NCBI RefSeq assembly: GCF_003044305.1
Contig: NZ_PZOX01000005.1
Span: forward strand, 515,493-579,492
DNA: 64,000 nt
Reading direction: 5' to 3'
From: Vitiosangium sp. GDMCC 1.1324
GTDB lineage: Bacteria > Myxococcota > Myxococcia > Myxococcales > Myxococcaceae
A model generated the notes under the pieces. It saw only the letters and a program-made list of their open reading frames with translations, did not search any database and was not told the origin of the DNA. The stretch's first letter is position 1. Every line of letters begins with the position of its first letter. Positions 50,418-59,471 of the stretch are shown piece after piece. The translations under genes and the position numbers were made by a program.

Positions 50418-51491
50418 GTGCTGGTAGCACTCCTCATCGTCGTCTCGCTGGGCTTCCTCATCACGCTCAGCATGCTGCTCTTTGGCTCGAAGCAGGCCGC
50501 GGCGCTCCCCTCCTCGACGCACCCCGTCAAGGCCGAGCTGGAGTCCGACACCAAGGCGCGCGCGCGTCTGGAGGCCGACCTGGAGCGCAAGCGCAAGGAG
50601 CTGGATGAACAGCGTACGCAGCTCCAGGATGTGAAGGAGCAGCTCAAGCAGGCCAAGCGGAAGATCTACGAGCAGAAGGAATCGGAGAAGGGCGAGAAGG
50701 ACCTGGTCAAGGCCCGCCTCGAGGTGGAGCGCACCGCCTCCACGCAGCTCGAGGTCGTCCGGGGCGAGTTGGCCCAGGCCGAGGCGGAGATTGCTCGGCT
50801 GAAGGCCGAGACCGAGATGGGCCGGGGTGGCCGCCGGGGTGGCGCTCCCGCCGCCGCACCTGCTCCTGCTCCTGCTCCCGCTCCCGCCGTGGCCGCCACG
50901 CCGGCGCCGCAGCAGCAGCTGTCCGCCCCCGCGCAGCCGGAGGAGCGGGTGGTGACCGCGACCACGACCGTGGTGCCCGCCGCCGCCGAGCCCGCGGCCG
51001 AGAAGGGGCAGCGCCGCTACCGTGATCTGAACGACGCCGACCGCGAGAAGATGGAGCGGCTGGAGGCGACGGCGAACAAGGAGCGCAGCCGGTCCGCCGA
51101 GCTGGAGCGCGAGCTCAAGCGCGTCAAGGGCCGTGCCGACTCGCAGCAGCGCATCTTCACCGCCAGCAAGAACGATCTGGAGCTGGTGAAGGACAAGTAC
51201 AAAGCGCTGGAGAAGCGCCTGAACCGCACGCTGCTGGAGCGTGATCTGCTGCGCCGGGCCATCAAGGACCTGGAGAAGAAGACGGGCATGCTGGCCGAGC
51301 GCACGGAGCTGACGCCGGACGAGATGGCCGCCAGCGATCGGAAGGTGGAGGAGGCCGCACAGGCCCGCACCGCCGCCGAGGCCGCGCAGCAGCAGGCCGT
51401 CGCCGCCGCCGAGCAGTCCAGCACCCCTGCCGAGCAACCCGCGACGGGCGAGTCCCAGCAGGACGAGAAGCCCTCGGCGCCGACCGCGTAG
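50418..51491 (+). CDS. Membrane-anchored coiled-coil protein (hypothetical)
   Basis: An N-terminal TM helix, long coiled coil, and an APAPAPAPA low-complexity linker. Confidence 0.6.
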   Translation: MLVALLIVVSLGFLITLSMLLFGSKQAAALPSSTHPVKAELESDTKARARLEADLERKRKELDEQRTQLQDVKEQLKQAKRKIYEQKESEKGEKDLVKARLEVERTASTQLEVVRGELAQAEAEIARLKAETEMGRGGRRGGAPAAAPAPAPAPAPAVAATPAPQQQLSAPAQPEERVVTATTTVVPAAAEPAAEKGQRRYRDLNDADREKMERLEATANKERSRSAELERELKRVKGRADSQQRIFTASKNDLELVKDKYKALEKRLNRTLLERDLLRRAIKDLEKKTGMLAERTELTPDEMAASDRKVEEAAQARTAAEAAQQQAVAAAEQSSTPAEQPATGESQQDEKPSAPTA

Positions 51492-51559
51492 TGGCGCGCT
51501 GGGAGGAGTGGGGTTCCACTCCTCCCACGCCGCGCTCAGCGTCGAGGCGGGTTTGAGTC

Positions 51560-52864
51560 TCAGCTGCCCAACATGCGCAGGAAGGGAGATGCCGACAGAC
51601 GTCCGCGCATCTCCCGGGCCTGCACCAGCCCGGTATGCTGGAGCTGCGTGAAGGCCCGCGTCTGGAGCTGACACGCCCCCTGACTGCGGAGGGAGAGCTC
51701 CAACGCGAGCACGTGCCGTCGCCGCATGGGGCCCTGCTCCAGTTCCTCCAGCAGGCCGTCCAGACTGAACGCGCGCCCGCGCAGGTAGCGGGTGCCACGG
51801 GCGAAGTCCTTCCGAGATTCCGACCACCACGCGGCCACCGCCTCTCTTGCCGGTACCGGTAGCGCATCCTCCGGCCGAGGCTCCAGATCCCGCGAAAGGT
51901 CCTCCACGAGCGGGGGCAACGGCTCTTCTTCTTTCCCCTCCCTCGCGTAGGCGCCTTCCAGCTTCAGCCCGGTGATGGCACTGAAGGCTTCGCCCGCCAG
52001 GGCCGCCACGGGTCCCGGCCCCATGAGCTCCAGGCACGCCTCGGCGGCCTCCACTCGGCCACTGAAACCCAGCGCCCAGAGGGCGTTCTCGCGCATCGCC
52101 TCCGCCCCGGTGCACGCCGACAGCCGCACCAGGTCACGCTCGTCGCCACCGAGCGCCAGCATTACCAGCGACATCCGATCCACCTTCGTGCGCGAATCCA
52201 CCGCCTTGCGGCACGCCTCCCAGGCGGCATGCACTCCAGACATCATCCCCGCCGCGATGGCGGCTTCCCGCACGCCAGGACGCGAGTCCGCCAGCAATCG
52301 GGGCAGCTCGCGCGAGGCCACGTCCCGGGGCAAGGACGGCATACCGCGGAGCACGGCCACCACCACCCGGGCGTCCGGGTGCCCGAGCAACTCCACCTCG
52401 ACACCGCGAGGGAGCTGACCCCTGGAAGCGAGGACCTCGAGGGCCCAGGCCTGGAGCACGGGCTCCGGGGTCTTCAGCAATGACAGCAGGGCCTCGCCCA
52501 CCTCCGGCCGTCCGTTCAGCTCCAGCGCCCGCCCGAGGGGGGCGAGCGGCCCTTCGGGAGCGGCGGCCTGTACCCGCTTCACCAGTTCGGCCAGTTCCAG
52601 GCGTCCGGGCTCGGCCAACAGCGCCCAGAGCGCAGCGGAGATGCGCGGCGGGTCCTCCGAGTCCAACGCGGGCAACAGCAACTCCCTGGCCACGGCCTCG
52701 CCGCCCACCACCAGCCCGTCCAGGTGAGCCAGCAGCCGCTCCTCCAGCGAGGCCACGTCCTCCAGGGAATAGTCTGGCGCCACCAGGGCGCGATTCCACT
52801 GCACCCAGAGGAAGCTCGCCTCGTCCAGGTGCTCCTCGTAGATGTCCATCAGCGGGGATGCCAT
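51560..52864 (-). CDS. Alpha-helical repeat (HEAT-like) protein, TIGR02270-like family
   Basis: Repeated LL..PD.RV..A.L.G units. The family assignment is from memory of myxobacterial paralog families and is tentative. Confidence 0.6.
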   Translation of the reverse strand: MASPLMDIYEEHLDEASFLWVQWNRALVAPDYSLEDVASLEERLLAHLDGLVVGGEAVARELLLPALDSEDPPRISAALWALLAEPGRLELAELVKRVQAAAPEGPLAPLGRALELNGRPEVGEALLSLLKTPEPVLQAWALEVLASRGQLPRGVEVELLGHPDARVVVAVLRGMPSLPRDVASRELPRLLADSRPGVREAAIAAGMMSGVHAAWEACRKAVDSRTKVDRMSLVMLALGGDERDLVRLSACTGAEAMRENALWALGFSGRVEAAEACLELMGPGPVAALAGEAFSAITGLKLEGAYAREGKEEEPLPPLVEDLSRDLEPRPEDALPVPAREAVAAWWSESRKDFARGTRYLRGRAFSLDGLLEELEQGPMRRRHVLALELSLRSQGACQLQTRAFTQLQHTGLVQAREMRGRLSASPFLRMLGS

Positions 52865-52867
52865 GGA

Positions 52868-53391
52868 TCAGTTCACCTGCACCGAGCCACCCTTGATGCG
52901 GTGGGTGCCCGAGGCGTGGCTTTCGATCTGGGTCCCCTTGATGACAACCCGGCCATTGCGCCGCAGGGTGATGCTGGCCTGGCCGCATCGCAAAACAATC
53001 TCATCCTGGCCCTCGATGACGACTCGTTTGCCATCGACATGAGCCTCCACGGGCTGCTCCTCGATGGGCGCGGACTGCGCAAGGACTGCGTCCAGCAACG
53101 GCGTGGAACTGGGTGTCTGCTCCAGCCCCACCACCAATGGCATCAAGGGATCTCCATTTTCGAAGAGCAATACCGCCCGCTGACGGGTAGCAATGGCATC
53201 CCGCAGCGCCTCGGGCTCCAACGGAACCGTGCGCCGGGCAGCCAACGGACGGCCGGTGCGATTTCCCTCGAAGTCCACCAGCAGCATTCCCGCCTCATCC
53301 GTCCCAACGACCCACCCCAACTTGCTTCCCCAGATGGGCTCGCGCGTTTCATCGTCCGACCCTGTTCCCAACGAATGCATGGGTACCTTCA
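52868..53391 (-). CDS. Hypothetical protein with C-terminal beta-strand repeat (DUF6484-like, tentative); co-transcribed with the TIGR02270-like gene
   Basis: A GGAGAC RBS then MKVPMHS. The C-terminus VDGKRVVIEGQDEIVLRCGQASITLRRNGRVVIKGTQIESHASGTHRIKGGSVQVN resembles beta-helix/spike-like repeats. Confidence 0.5.
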
Positions 53392-53536
53392 TCCGGTGTC
53401 TCCTCTGATTGTGCTGGGTCCCAGCCCTGCCCCCCCATGGGTAGGAATAGTCTATCAGGTGGAACACCTTCTCCAGGAGTCCCTACCAGTCGCTATCAGA
53501 GCAACGAGAGTGCTGGATGGCAAACACCTACAACGT

Positions 53537-53565
53537 TTGACATATGCATCTGAATTTATCTAACG
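53537..53565 (+). promoter_or_regulatory. AT-rich promoter candidate (TTGACA -35-like hexamer, TATCTA/TCTAAC -10-like) for the DUF2169 operon
   Basis: The only strongly AT-rich stretch in the 53.4-53.6 kb divergent region. Hexamer spacing is suboptimal. Confidence 0.25.
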
Positions 53566-53595
53566 TCACTCCTCCGAAGTAGGGGGGATTAAACA

Positions 53596-54606
53596 ATGTG
53601 GGGGCTGAAGAATCGCACGGCCTACGCCGCAGAACGGAACTGGACGCGCGACAAGGACGGAGTCCATTGGTGGCTCGTCGCAGTCAAGGCAACGTTCGAC
53701 ATCGCTCCCGGGGGACGGCTCATGCTGGCGGACGAGCAACCGCCCCCGGTGCTGGCACCAGAGTATTTCGGCGAACCAGGCCGGTCGAGCTTGCGCTACG
53801 ACTCCGATCTCCTCGCGGCGAAGCCGGGCACGGACGTGCTGGTCGCCGCGCACGCGCACGCGCCGCATGGAAAACCTGCTCCCACGGTGCCGGTCTCGCT
53901 CCGTATCGAACGGCTCCACAAGGAGATACTCATACACGGGGAACGCCTCTACGACCGGGGGTTGCTCGGCGTGACGGTGACCCGGCCGCAGCCGTTCACC
54001 ACGCGCCCGATTCGATACGAATTCGCATTCGGTGGCAGCGACCTGTCCAACCCCGATCCCCAGAAGCAGCGTATCGATGAGCGGAACCCGATCGGACGCG
54101 GCTTCGCGCGGCGAACAACTGACGTCGTTGGGGAACTGGCCCACGCGATAGAGTATCCACGTGGCGCTCCAGCGGAGATGGGACCGGCGGGGTTCGGCCC
54201 GATCGATTCCTCCTGGATGCCGCGGCGCAAGCTCGCGGGGACATATGACGCACGGTGGGAACAATCGAAGAAGCCGCTGCTGCCTGATGACTTCGATCCC
54301 GCCTTCGCGCTGAGTGCCCCCACGGACCAGCGGACCGAGAAGCCCATCGTCGGCGAAGAGCGTGTCGAGCTCTTGAACATGACCCCCGACGGTGTCCTGC
54401 GCTTCGAGCTCCCGCGCATTTCGCTCGGCTTCACCACGCGCATCGGCACGCGGCGCGAGCAGCACGGCTCGCGACTGGTAACGGTGCTCGTGGAGCCCGA
54501 GGAGAGGCACCTCTCCCTGGTGTGGCAGAGCGTGCTGCGCGTTCCCGTCCCTGACGCGGACTATCTCGACGAAACGGAAATCGTCGAACAAAGGAGTACG
54601 ATGTGA
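53596..54606 (+). CDS. DUF2169-domain protein (T6SS effector adaptor family)
   Basis: MWGLKNRTAYAAE...WLVAVKATFDI is the characteristic DUF2169 N-terminus. A GGGGGG RBS precedes it. Confidence 0.8.
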   Translation: MWGLKNRTAYAAERNWTRDKDGVHWWLVAVKATFDIAPGGRLMLADEQPPPVLAPEYFGEPGRSSLRYDSDLLAAKPGTDVLVAAHAHAPHGKPAPTVPVSLRIERLHKEILIHGERLYDRGLLGVTVTRPQPFTTRPIRYEFAFGGSDLSNPDPQKQRIDERNPIGRGFARRTTDVVGELAHAIEYPRGAPAEMGPAGFGPIDSSWMPRRKLAGTYDARWEQSKKPLLPDDFDPAFALSAPTDQRTEKPIVGEERVELLNMTPDGVLRFELPRISLGFTTRIGTRREQHGSRLVTVLVEPEERHLSLVWQSVLRVPVPDADYLDETEIVEQRSTM

Positions 54607-55652
54607 ACGCCCAGGTCGAGGTGGTGGCCGTCGGCGCGCGAACCCCTGTCGGCCTCACCGCCGAGAGCAGTGCGGCGGCCGTGCGCGCTGGCATCACGCG
54701 GTACGCCGAGTATCCCTTCATCGACCCTCGCGGCGAACCGGTCGTGGTCGCCGCCGACCGGCTGCTCGAACCCAAGTTCGAGGGACGAGACCGTCTGGCG
54801 CCCATGGCCGAGAGTGTTCTCGAGGAGATTGAAGCCAAGATCGATCAGAAGATCCTCTACGGGGGCAGGCTCAGCGTGTTGCTCGCGCTTCCAGAAACCC
54901 GCCCGGGGTTCTCCGAGGACGACGCGGCCTGGGTGGCGAACGCCCTGGCTGCTCGGTTCCGAGCAAAAACGTCCAACGCGCACGTCGAGATCGCCGGGCG
55001 AGGGCACGCCGGAGCGATTCGGGCCGTCGAGCAGGTGGTGAGGGAGTGCTCCGAAAGCAGGGACAATCTGTTCCTGGTCGTTGGAGTCGACAGCTACCAC
55101 CACGCAGATACGTTCGCATGGTTGGAGCGCAGCCGCCGGTTCGCACAACCGGGGATTCGCAACGGGTTCACCCCGGGCGAGGGAGCTGGATGCCTCGCAC
55201 TGATGAGCGCGGGACTGCGCCGTCGCTTGCGCCTCCCCCAACTGGCCATCATGCGAGGGGCGAGCACCGCACAGGAGCGACTGCTGCGCGACAGTGACAC
55301 GGGCTCGTTCGGCGTCGGAATGACCCAGGCGCTCCAAGGCGCCATCGCTGGCCTCGACCGTCCCCGCGAGGGCGTCGACGCCGTGTACACGGATATCAAT
55401 GGTGAACGTTACCGCAGTGAGGAGTGGGGCTTCGTCGCGTTGCGTGCACCGTCGGTCTGGAAGACGCCCGGGTACAAGGCCCCGAGCGACTGCTGGGGTG
55501 ACGTGGGCGCTGCATTTGGGACGCTCGGGAGCATCCTGGCGGTCCAGGCGTTCGCGCGGAGCTACGCGCGAGGCCCGAGGGCTCTGGTGATGGCAGGCTC
55601 AGATGGCGGGCTGAGAGGGGCTATGCTCCTGCAAGCTCCCCAGGTGTCATGA
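54603..55652 (+). CDS. Ketosynthase (thiolase-fold)-like protein lacking the catalytic Cys (putative pseudoenzyme)
   Basis: VEVVAVGARTPVG / NGFTPGEGAGCLAL / GDVGAAFGTLGSILAVQAF parallel KAS I/II conserved blocks. The position equivalent to the active-site Cys reads IAGRGHAG. It overlaps the DUF2169 stop. Confidence 0.55.
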   Translation: MNAQVEVVAVGARTPVGLTAESSAAAVRAGITRYAEYPFIDPRGEPVVVAADRLLEPKFEGRDRLAPMAESVLEEIEAKIDQKILYGGRLSVLLALPETRPGFSEDDAAWVANALAARFRAKTSNAHVEIAGRGHAGAIRAVEQVVRECSESRDNLFLVVGVDSYHHADTFAWLERSRRFAQPGIRNGFTPGEGAGCLALMSAGLRRRLRLPQLAIMRGASTAQERLLRDSDTGSFGVGMTQALQGAIAGLDRPREGVDAVYTDINGERYRSEEWGFVALRAPSVWKTPGYKAPSDCWGDVGAAFGTLGSILAVQAFARSYARGPRALVMAGSDGGLRGAMLLQAPQVS

Positions 55653-55665
55653 GGAGGCAATCCGA

Positions 55666-56802
55666 ATGTCGAAAGTCTCTGTGAATACTCCGAAGACCCC
55701 GGTGACCGAAGGGACCAACGGGGTCGCCGCGGCGACGTTGCCCAACGTGTGCAAGATGCCGGGGCCGCCAGCTCCGTTTGTCCCGACCCCTCTGCCCAAC
55801 ATCGGCAAGAGCGGAACAGACCCGAAGAACTACTCCAAGAGCGTCACAATCGAAGGGAAGAAGGTGGCGATCAGGGGCGCCACCTTCGGTTCCATGGGTG
55901 ACGTGGCCAGCAAGGGGACCGGAGGCGGAATCGTCTCCTCCAACGTGGAAGGACCCACGAGCTTCGTGGGACCCGGGTCCATGGACGTGAAGATCGAGGG
56001 GAAGAACGTCCAACTGCTCGGCGACCCGATGCTCAACAACTGCGGGCCGAGCGGCAGCCCGGCGAACGCGGCGACAATGATGGGCGTGCTCCAAACGACC
56101 GGGTTCGTCACGGTCGTCAATGGGGAGGACAAATGCCCTTTGTGCAGGCAGCGACACGGTGAAGACGCTACTCTGAAAGAGGCTCCGTCGACGAAGGTCA
56201 ATGCCGGGCGACTAGCGCAGAGAGTCGCCAGGAAGGTGCGCTCTGGCGAATCTCCCCCTCTCGCGACAATGCTGGGGGTAGTCCAGTGCAAGTGTGGAAA
56301 AAAGAAAACCTATGCAGACCACTCGGGGGATACACTCCAATGTGTTTGCGACAGTATCGCGGAGCTAAAATGGGTGGGCCCCACGACTGCAACCAGTCCT
56401 GACATCAAAAAGAAAAAGGTCAAGAGTTTCCTTGAAGGTCGTTTCAGCCAACGAGGGGCAGACTTAGACAAGACGTGGCAGAAACTCACTCACCGCGCCC
56501 AAAAGAGCAAGCGCGGTGAGACCTCGTCTGCGGCCTACCCTCCGGGCTCTTGTGCTGGCCCAAGGGCACTCGTGCTCGCTCTAGAAGATAAAGCCTATCC
56601 GGCTGGCCTCACCGAACGATGGTTCCACAGCGGAAAGCAGCCGGTTGAGGCGAAGATCAGGTTCCGCGATGCGGAGAGCGGTGAAGAGGTCGAAGCTTAC
56701 TTCGACCATGGAAAGACCGTCCCGCCGTGTTTGACCTGCAATGTCATCATTCCTTCAATGCTCTGCCCCGAAGACAAGGAAATCGAATGTCAGCACCCTT
56801 AA
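55666..56802 (+). CDS. DUF4150 (PAAR-like) domain polymorphic toxin with Cys-rich C-terminal domain of unknown type
   Basis: N-terminus LPNVCKMPGPPAPFVPTPLPNIG ... IEGKKVAIRG ... IEGKNVQLLGDPMLNNCG is a typical DUF4150. The C-terminal approx. 220 aa carry CPLC, QCKCG, QCVC, SC, PPCLTC and C..C motifs, with GC content visibly lower than the flanks. Confidence 0.8.
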   Translation: MSKVSVNTPKTPVTEGTNGVAAATLPNVCKMPGPPAPFVPTPLPNIGKSGTDPKNYSKSVTIEGKKVAIRGATFGSMGDVASKGTGGGIVSSNVEGPTSFVGPGSMDVKIEGKNVQLLGDPMLNNCGPSGSPANAATMMGVLQTTGFVTVVNGEDKCPLCRQRHGEDATLKEAPSTKVNAGRLAQRVARKVRSGESPPLATMLGVVQCKCGKKKTYADHSGDTLQCVCDSIAELKWVGPTTATSPDIKKKKVKSFLEGRFSQRGADLDKTWQKLTHRAQKSKRGETSSAAYPPGSCAGPRALVLALEDKAYPAGLTERWFHSGKQPVEAKIRFRDAESGEEVEAYFDHGKTVPPCLTCNVIIPSMLCPEDKEIECQHP

Positions 56803-57542
56803 TGGAACTCGAGATGGAAGAACTGCTCCTGAGAATCGAGCCAGAACTCGCGGACCAGTGGCAGGGGGCGACTCCCGACATGATCGAGAAGATCGAGCGG
56901 CTTGCTGGTCACCCTTTGCCTCCATTCTATCGCTGGTTCCTAAGTCGCATGGGTAAGAGCATGGGGGCTCTGGCCTATCCGACTGTAGACTTCTCAGCGC
57001 AACGCGTGCTCGCCTGCTACGCCGAGAAGTTGGTCATGCCCGACCCCCGATTCTTGCTCATCGGATATGAATCCAATGAGATGATGCCTCTGCATGTCTT
57101 TTACGATTTCGATGCGCCGGCTCGAGAGGACGCCCTGGTGACGGAACGTTACGCCAAGGGAGGTGAACTTTACGACAGCTTCGAGACTTTGCGCGAAATG
57201 TTAGCATGGGGTGCGCTCTTGAAGTTCAGGGTCAACAAGATGCCGCAACAGTGTGAGGGCGTTCTCTCCAGCGATGATCCAGATCTCCTCTCACACCTCG
57301 ATCCGCTGATGAGTAGTCTTGGGTTCACCAAGCCGATTCCCACCGGGCCTCGCTGTGGCCTTTACGAGCGGCACGATTCGGTCCTGATATGCTCGCGTAC
57401 GCCGAGGGAAGAACTTATCGGCAATCAGGCCTTCACGCTCGGTGGACGCGACTCGGGAGTTCTCAGAAAGATTCTGGGCAGGATCACAACCGAGTCCTCG
57501 CTAGAGGTCGAAGTCGACGAGTGGACGCCAGCGCTCCGATGA
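56787..57542 (+). CDS. Immunity protein candidate (SUKH / SMI1-KNR4-like)
   Basis: It overlaps the toxin 3' end by 16 bp. DMIEKIERLAGHPLPPFYRWFLSRMG resembles the SMI1/KNR4 N-terminal signature, and GC content is lower. Confidence 0.65.
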   Translation: MSAPLMELEMEELLLRIEPELADQWQGATPDMIEKIERLAGHPLPPFYRWFLSRMGKSMGALAYPTVDFSAQRVLACYAEKLVMPDPRFLLIGYESNEMMPLHVFYDFDAPAREDALVTERYAKGGELYDSFETLREMLAWGALLKFRVNKMPQQCEGVLSSDDPDLLSHLDPLMSSLGFTKPIPTGPRCGLYERHDSVLICSRTPREELIGNQAFTLGGRDSGVLRKILGRITTESSLEVEVDEWTPALR

Positions 57543-57788
57543 AACGTCAGCTGTGCCCATGTTCCAGGGTTTATAAATCACCCGGCAGCAACGCTCGAAA
57601 ATCCACTTGATTTCGGGCATTTGGCCAATGCCAACGGTTGGTGACTTACGTTCTCTGGAACATTGCAAACCGCTGGCGCGGTGGAGAAAACCAGCGGCGG
57701 AAGGAAACGCCCAAGAATTCCAAGCGCTGACTCTGGGACCGAACGCAGCTCCGGGCATCGACCCTCCCCAAGAGGTGAAGAGGACCTG

Positions 57789-59357
57789 TCAGTCCAGCGG
57801 TACTGGCGTGTAGATGAACAGGTCCCCCAGTGTCGTCTGCCGGACCCCGTTGTCGTCCAGGCCGCCCACCACGAGCACCGAGCCGTCCTCCAGCACCGTG
57901 CACGTGTGCTGGTGACGCTCCCGCTCCAGCGGCTTCAACCCGAGCAGCGCCGTCGGGCCACCTTCCTTCCCGGGGACGAGCATCTCCACATGCGGGTCAC
58001 TCACGAGCCCACTCGTGCTGGACCCCAGCCCTCCCAGGGTCATCACCCGCCCATCCGGCAGCGCCACCGCGCACAGGTTGCTCCGGGCGAACACCTGGGG
58101 CCCCGCCGTCACCTGTGAGTCGCTCGCGGAAATGATCTCCGAGGAGGCCAGGAGCCTCACGTCCTCCACGCGGCCGGGCGAGTCGTAGCCCCCCAGGTAC
58201 GCCAGCCGCTCCGGCCCACCGAATGGCACGAGCGCCCCGTCGCGCCGGGGCTCCCGCAGCCGTGCGCCCTCGCCCACCGGAACGAAGCTGCCTCCCTCGT
58301 ACCCGAAGAACAGCACCTCCGGGCGCAACTCCGTCCCATCCCAGCCCCCCACCACGGCGATGCGCCGCCCCTCCTGCACCGCCATCACCCCCATGCCCAC
58401 CCGGGGCACCCGCGTGCTCACGGAGAACCCCTGGCCCGTCGTGCTGTCGTAGCCCTCGGCCTCCGACACCACCGCCCCCCCCTCCCCCACTCCCCCGACG
58501 AGCAGCACCCGCCCGCCCGAGTCCACCGCCGCCGCGTGGTGGCTGCGCGCCACCTTCAACTCCACCGCCGTGGACGTCCCCTGGGCCACGTCCAGCACCC
58601 GGGCATTCCGCATGGGCAACGTCCCCTCCGCCGACACCGCCTCGCCTCCCGCCACCAGCACCTTGCCTCCCGGCAGCCGCGTCGCGGTGTGGAATGCCCT
58701 CGGCGAGCCCAACCCCAGCCCCTGCTCCAGCGCGCCCGTCACCGGATCGAAGAGCTCCGTCGAGGACAGCGTCGTGCTGTCCCCGTTCAGGTCGAGCTGG
58801 ATGCCTCCGGCCAGCAGCACCCGCCCGTCCTCCAGCAGCGTCGCGGTGTGCCCCGCCCGGGGCTCCGCGAGCGTCACGCACGCATCATTCGCCCCGCCCG
58901 GCCTCACATACTCGTCCACACGGCGCACCGCGACGCGCACCGTCGGGCGGCCCTCGTCCGCCGACTCCGGCACGTCGAAGGGATGCGAGCGCCCCACGGA
59001 CACCACGCGGCCTCCCGCTCCAGGCAGGTCCGTGTAGCCGCGCACCTCCAGCACCCGACCCTTCCCCGAGGGGACCTCCGGCGGCTCCACCCGGCCCGGC
59101 TCCACCAGGACGTAGCGCTCCACGGGCTCCATCCCCACGCCGGTGACTCGGAAGCGCAGGTAACGCACCCCCTCCAGGGCCGGCGTCCCCGAGCACGCCT
59201 CCGTGCGGAGTTCCACCCCGTAGAGCCCCTCCCTCGGCCCACAGCCAGCGAGGAGCCCCATCGCCACCACCCAGGCCTTCCAGCCTGGCGACCGGGCCCT
59301 GCCCTGTCCGATGCCCCACCCGGCGGGCAAGGTCCACCCGTTGATACTCCGCCCCAT
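57789..59357 (-). CDS. Kelch-repeat lipoprotein
   Basis: ...AMGLLAGC lipobox, then repeated GRVLLAGG / GKVLVAGG / GRVLLVGG beta-propeller blades. The listed 862-aa ORF upstream extension was rejected. Confidence 0.7.
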   Translation of the reverse strand: MGRSINGWTLPAGWGIGQGRARSPGWKAWVVAMGLLAGCGPREGLYGVELRTEACSGTPALEGVRYLRFRVTGVGMEPVERYVLVEPGRVEPPEVPSGKGRVLEVRGYTDLPGAGGRVVSVGRSHPFDVPESADEGRPTVRVAVRRVDEYVRPGGANDACVTLAEPRAGHTATLLEDGRVLLAGGIQLDLNGDSTTLSSTELFDPVTGALEQGLGLGSPRAFHTATRLPGGKVLVAGGEAVSAEGTLPMRNARVLDVAQGTSTAVELKVARSHHAAAVDSGGRVLLVGGVGEGGAVVSEAEGYDSTTGQGFSVSTRVPRVGMGVMAVQEGRRIAVVGGWDGTELRPEVLFFGYEGGSFVPVGEGARLREPRRDGALVPFGGPERLAYLGGYDSPGRVEDVRLLASSEIISASDSQVTAGPQVFARSNLCAVALPDGRVMTLGGLGSSTSGLVSDPHVEMLVPGKEGGPTALLGLKPLERERHQHTCTVLEDGSVLVVGGLDDNGVRQTTLGDLFIYTPVPLD

Positions 59358-59471
59358 GGCGTTCCCCTTTTGCGGTTTCCGGCCACGGCTCAGCCAAAGA
59401 TGGCTTGCGCTCGGACCGCCGCGAGCGTAGCGATGCCCTCTGGCCGTGGTCAACGCGGCCCCTGTCCCCGA

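Noticed and set aside
50820-50900. Short tandem GCTCCTGCT repeats
   Set aside because: Coding low-complexity APAPAPAPA linker of the coiled-coil protein, not a regulatory or CRISPR-like repeat.
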